64,000 nt of DNA from the human T2T-CHM13v2.0 reference genome, Homo sapiens. The translations under genes were made by a program, and so were the position numbers. The notes beneath the pieces were generated by a model. The model was not told the DNA's origin and did no database searches. It was given only the letters and a program-made list of their open reading frames with translations. Of the stretch, positions 59,040 through 64,000 are shown piece by piece. The stretch lies in assembly GCF_009914755.1 (NCBI RefSeq), contig NC_060927.1. The stretch is one strand, 5' to 3'. Every line of letters starts with the position of its first letter. The first letter of the stretch is position 1.

Positions 59040-59400
59040 TGGGGTAATTAATGTGAGGGGGCAGTTTACTTCTAGTTCTCCTATCTCTGGATTGTAGCCA
59101 TTGAGGCCCTAAGTTGAATATGATGGGACCTCCTATAAGACTCTCCACTTGAGTGAGCTTTCATATCTGTCCCCTTGGCTAAAAGAGCTGTTAAAACTGT
59201 GGTTTTGCCTGGATTAGCAATTGCACTTGGGGAAAAAGCAGTTTTGGTTACTTGGCTTCTTTTTCTGGGTTTTTGCCTTTTTTCAAAATTTGGCTTAATA
59301 ATTCCTTGCCATCCTATTAACTATTTGATACTTTTCAGAAGCTGAAGTTTTATAATATTTTATCCAGTAATTTTAGGTAATTTCAGCAAGGAGATATAAA
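59040..59400 (-). mobile_element. HAL1-like fragment
   Basis: GGGCAGTTTACTTCTAGTTC...TGTAGCCATTGAGGCCC resembles the recalled HAL1 5' region. Confidence 0.4.
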
Positions 59401-59439
59401 TAGCTCAGCCTGGAATGACTGGAAATAGAAATCTTCTTA

Positions 59440-59875
59440 ATTAACATCTCTTTCAGATTGTCTCAAGGCAACTCAACCCTGGACTTTCAAAACAAGACTT
59501 CTATCCTCCTCTGCACCCCCAGCATGGTCTTTTTCCAGTGTTCATCAGTTTATTGCACACATGAGAAATCCATATGAACTCACCATCTGGTTCTCTATAG
59601 TTTTACTAAATAGTTCTTTAATCACTTTACTTCTATTGCTTTCATTCTGATCTGTCATTACTCACCAGTACAACAGTAGTAGAATCTACACCTCCATCTT
59701 TAGGCTCCCTTAGTCTGTTCTAGAGATTGTAGCCAAAATGACCTTTTTAAAATTCAGATTTGATCATGCCATTGCCCTGCTTAAAGTCCTTTAATGACTT
59801 CCTATGATATTCAGAACAAAGACCCAAATTACTACTATTGTTGGTCAGGCCCTGCATTGTCTGCCCTGTGCTGCC
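59440..59875 (+). mobile_element. L2 fragment
   Basis: GTAGCCAAAATGACCTTTTTAAAATTCAGATTTGATCATGCCATTGCCCTGCTTAAAGTCCTTTAATGACTTCC. Confidence 0.7.
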
Positions 59876-60249
59876 TCCCAACCACAGGGCCTTGGAGGTA
59901 AAACTGTCTAATACAGGTCTAGAAAAGGCTATTGGTCCTAACTTAGAAAGTTGCTTTTTTTTAATGGCAGTGAGGAGTCTGCAGGGAACCACAAAAAAAG
60001 ACTTAAAGCAATAGAAAGATACATCTGCTTCCGTAGCATTGATATTGGACTGAGTGGCAGGACTGAGAGACCTGTGAAGATGACAAGTAGTGAAGACCTG
60101 GTCCAGGAGGATGGCAGAGGTTTCATACAGAAATGCTTTTTGAGATAGAATTAGTGAGAGTCAGCAACTTACTGCATGTAGTTGGTAAGGGAAAAAGATA
60201 AGTCAAAATTATAAAATATTTCACATGTAAATTTATCAAGCAGTTACAA

Positions 60250-60450
60250 TGTATTAGACACCATTTTAAACATTTTTCTATATTCTCTTTTACTTCTCAC
60301 AGTCATCCTGTGAGATAAGTATTGTTAGTATCCTCAGCTTTTCAGTAAAGGAAACTCTGACATAGAGATATTAAGTACCTTACCCATTCACAGCTATAGA
60401 GTGATGGCAGTAAGATTTCAAAACTGGTGTGATGTCAAAGTTGTGCTGTT
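60250..60450 (-). mobile_element. MIR
   Basis: CTCACAGTCATCCTGTGAGATAAGTATT...AAGGAAACTCTGACATAGAGATATTAAGTACCTTACCC. Confidence 0.65.
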
Positions 60451-61399
60451 TCTCCCTCAAGAAAGCCAGTGGACATTAGTTGTGTTAACTAAGATGTAAA
60501 GCCTAAGAATGGGAAAAGATTTTGAAGAACAAGTATGTATATGTCAAAAAATGGGGATGAAAGTGGGACAACAAAAAATGACTTTATTTCTGGATATTCA
60601 GGTGAAGATATCTGTAAACAGTTGGCAGTATGGTTGTAGATTTCCAAAGACAGAGTAGGATTGCAGAGTGAGGTTATGCAATTGTTTGTCAGCGATGTTT
60701 AGAGACATAGAAGGGCCCAAGATTACCCAGGGAGAAAGTGTGACTTTATAGGCCTGATGTGAGAGTTCAATTAGATAAGATATATAAAGAGCACATAGCA
60801 CAGTGCCTGGAGCACTCTAAGAGATCAATAAATGTTACCTGTTATCATCATTGTTGTATACCATTAAAAGAAAGTAAGGATGAGAACTCAGGTTTCTTAT
60901 AATTTTATTAAACCTGTATAGCATGATTTTCTTAATGAATTATGGTGGTATGCCAAGTATGTCATGAAAGGGCAGGCATTCTGTAGGAGATAAATAACTC
61001 AATATTTATCTCAATATTCATATTTCCAAATGAAAAGCATTTGGATTCTCACATTTAGTATTATTTTAATACAGTGTTTTTATATTTATATGTACTACTG
61101 TTACTTTCCCATGTTCTTTTATCTTTTCAATAGAAACATGTTCTAGTGATTACATTCATTTGGAAAAGTCAACTGATTTAAACTTTTACATCTACAATAA
61201 AAAGCCTAAATTACAACTGTCTGGCAAGAGTTGCCAGCTGTTAGTTTCTGTTTAAACAGACTAGGTATGGAGTGTTTTTTAGCAGTTTAATCAGTGCCAC
61301 TTACAAAGTCTATTTAATATTTAATGAAGAGGCATAGTCCTTAGCAGTAAGGCTCTGAGATGTTGATGTGTGCAGCAAAAAAGACTTTGTGAACAGCGA

Positions 61400-61790
61400 T
61401 TATTTGTTGAGCTCCTACTCCTTTAAGGTGTCAAGATAGGCAGTGGGAGAAAGAGGTAGAGTGGAGTGTGGAGAATGCACATATAAAATATGGTCCCAGA
61501 CCTTTAAGTGCTTACAGACTTTGCAGAGGAAGAAAGGTTCACACATGAGAGGTGATATAGGGCAATAAAAGATTCTGTCTACTCCCTAACAAGTAGTAAA
61601 GACAGTGAGTATTACAGGCCTTCTTGAAAGTTTGAGATTGGTGAGAACAGTTCAGGAGGTGTGGTCAGGAAGAGAAATTACATCTATAAGATTGAAATAT
61701 TGAAAGACAGTAGGGGCATAATGGGAAGAAGGGTGTTCCAACCTAGAGAGACTGGGCAAAGTCTCAGAATGTCAGGCATTGGTCCTGTAG
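61400..61790 (-). mobile_element. L2 3' fragment
   Basis: TATTTGTTGAGCTCCTACT...ATATGGTCCCAGACCTTTAAGTGCTTACAG. Confidence 0.55.
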
Positions 61791-61795
61791 AATAG

Positions 61796-62477
<682 letters not shown>

Positions 62478-62704
62478 TTTTCTTAACTATTTGTAATTTA
62501 TTTTCCTTCTTCTCTACGTATATGATAATAAACCCCATTATTTCTATCTCCATAATATACCTTGACTTTCAATTTCTTTCTCTCTACTTCTTTTCTTACT
62601 GATTTGATTCTTGGGGGGAAAACTGTGTAACGCTAGCCTAAATGAAAAAAGAGAAGAAAAGAGGAAATGAGTAGTGCATGGCATTTTAATTTCCCCTTTT
62701 CTTT

Positions 62705-63230
62705 TATTCTCTCTATACAACAGGAGCCATGAGCTTTTTAAAATGCATACGGAATCATTGTATCTCTTCAGTGGTCAGCCTTCCAGTGGTTCTGATCGCA
62801 TTTAGAATAAGAGCCAATCCCTCGCTCTGTCTCTGACAGCACCTCTTTTCTATTTGCCCATTTGCTGAAGTACTAACCTGTTTCCTACCTGAGATCTTTG
62901 CTTATGCTGCTTCTGCTATCTCGATTGTTCATCCCTGGCTCTTCATCCGAGAGGCTTTCCCCAGCAGTCCTATAGAAATAGGTCCCTGGTATTTGTTATG
63001 ACAGTACTATGTAGCTTACCTTCAGTGACCTTTTGTGTTTATAATTCAGCCATTATTGTTTTCTGTGCTAATCTGTAAATTCCATGAAAATGAGCACTGT
63101 TCTCTTTATCTCTGTATACCCAGTGCCTAACAGTGCACCCTATACGTACAAATATATTTGTTTATTTACCTAATGAATTTTCATTATGCCAAACATAAAA
63201 AATGCACAGTATCCATTGAATAAATGAATT
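62705..63230 (+). mobile_element. L2 3' part
   Basis: CCTTCCAGTGGTTC...TTAGAATAAGAGCCAA and CTGTATACCCAGTGCCTAACAGTGC...TTGAATAAATGAAT. Confidence 0.7.
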
Positions 63231-64000
63231 TTTATTGAAGTTAAAGATTGTCTAGTATATATTAAATAAAAAGCAAATTATAGAGCAGTATATGTGAGGA
63301 AAAATGTTGGTTATATATTCATATCTTTTAGGAAAAAAGATACTCATATAGTGTACAGACAAAAGCTTGGAAGTATATATATATTTAAACCATTAGTATT
63401 GGTTATTGTGGAAATGATGTTGGGATTAGGTGTAGGAGAGGCACACTCCAAAAATAGAGGACTTTGAATTTAACTTATGTCTATATTATTTGAGTTTTTA
63501 AAATAAGGGTATATTATTTTATAATAAATAAAACATTAGAAAGAAATACACTAAAATGGTAACAGGGAACTGTCTCTTCTTAGAAATGGGACTCAGAAAG
63601 GACCAAATTCCCCCTGACACCTGAGACATTGTGCTGGTGGTTGCTTTGGTGCTGCACTGGCTGAGTTGAATGCACCGCCCCACCCACCTCACTCTTTTTG
63701 ATGTTGGAAAAATAACTGGCTAGGTATAGGGATCAGTTGGAGGAGTGTTTGGTAGCTTTTTCTTTAAATCAAATTAAAATCCCTGCTGTGGCCAATTACC
63801 AAGAAGAGAAAATTAGATGACTAAAATTACTTGCTTAAAATAAAGCAGACTGGAAAGAGCTTTTTTATTTTCTGTAGAAGACTTTGCTGCTTCTCTCAAT
63901 TGTAATGAGATGTAATATTAGAGAATATAATGTATTTTAATGGGTCTAATTTTAAAGAATATAATGTTGGGGTACTATATTACAAACTTTCTGAGATGAG

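Overview
Primate (most likely human or great-ape) genomic DNA. Bases 1-53 are the 3' end of a coding exon reading (E)VTATLQEWASLWKQLYV, followed by a canonical GTAAGT donor. I recognise this as the region just after the SH3 domain of DOCK3 (+ strand, probably exon 5). I found no further exon, so the rest is the 5' part of a very long, repeat-dense intron. It holds about 17 Alus, many old L1M/L1P fragments, solo LTRs (THE1, MST, MER52, MLT2A, an ERVL-like LTR), MER2 and Charlie5 DNA-transposon remnants, MIR, L2, HAL1 and a 7SL pseudogene. The main element is a full-length, antisense L1PA2/L1PA3-age LINE-1 (39014-45131) with an 11-bp TSD and an intact 338-aa ORF1. Its ORF2 has no frameshift and is broken only by ATG>ATT and Y181*, and it carries a short 3' transduction with its own AATAAA. 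The most unusual structure is a head-to-head 7SL/L1MA fusion inside one 12-bp direct repeat, which looks like twin priming on two different RNAs. Other notable points are a two-part CTCF site in an old L1 5' region, paired RFX motifs in unique DNA, and a possible L1 antisense-promoter route to an SH3-less DOCK3. I see no evidence of a new protein-coding system: nearly all short ORFs in the track are repeat-derived. Subfamily names come from recalled consensus sequences, not from a RepeatMasker run, and boundaries of old elements are approximate.
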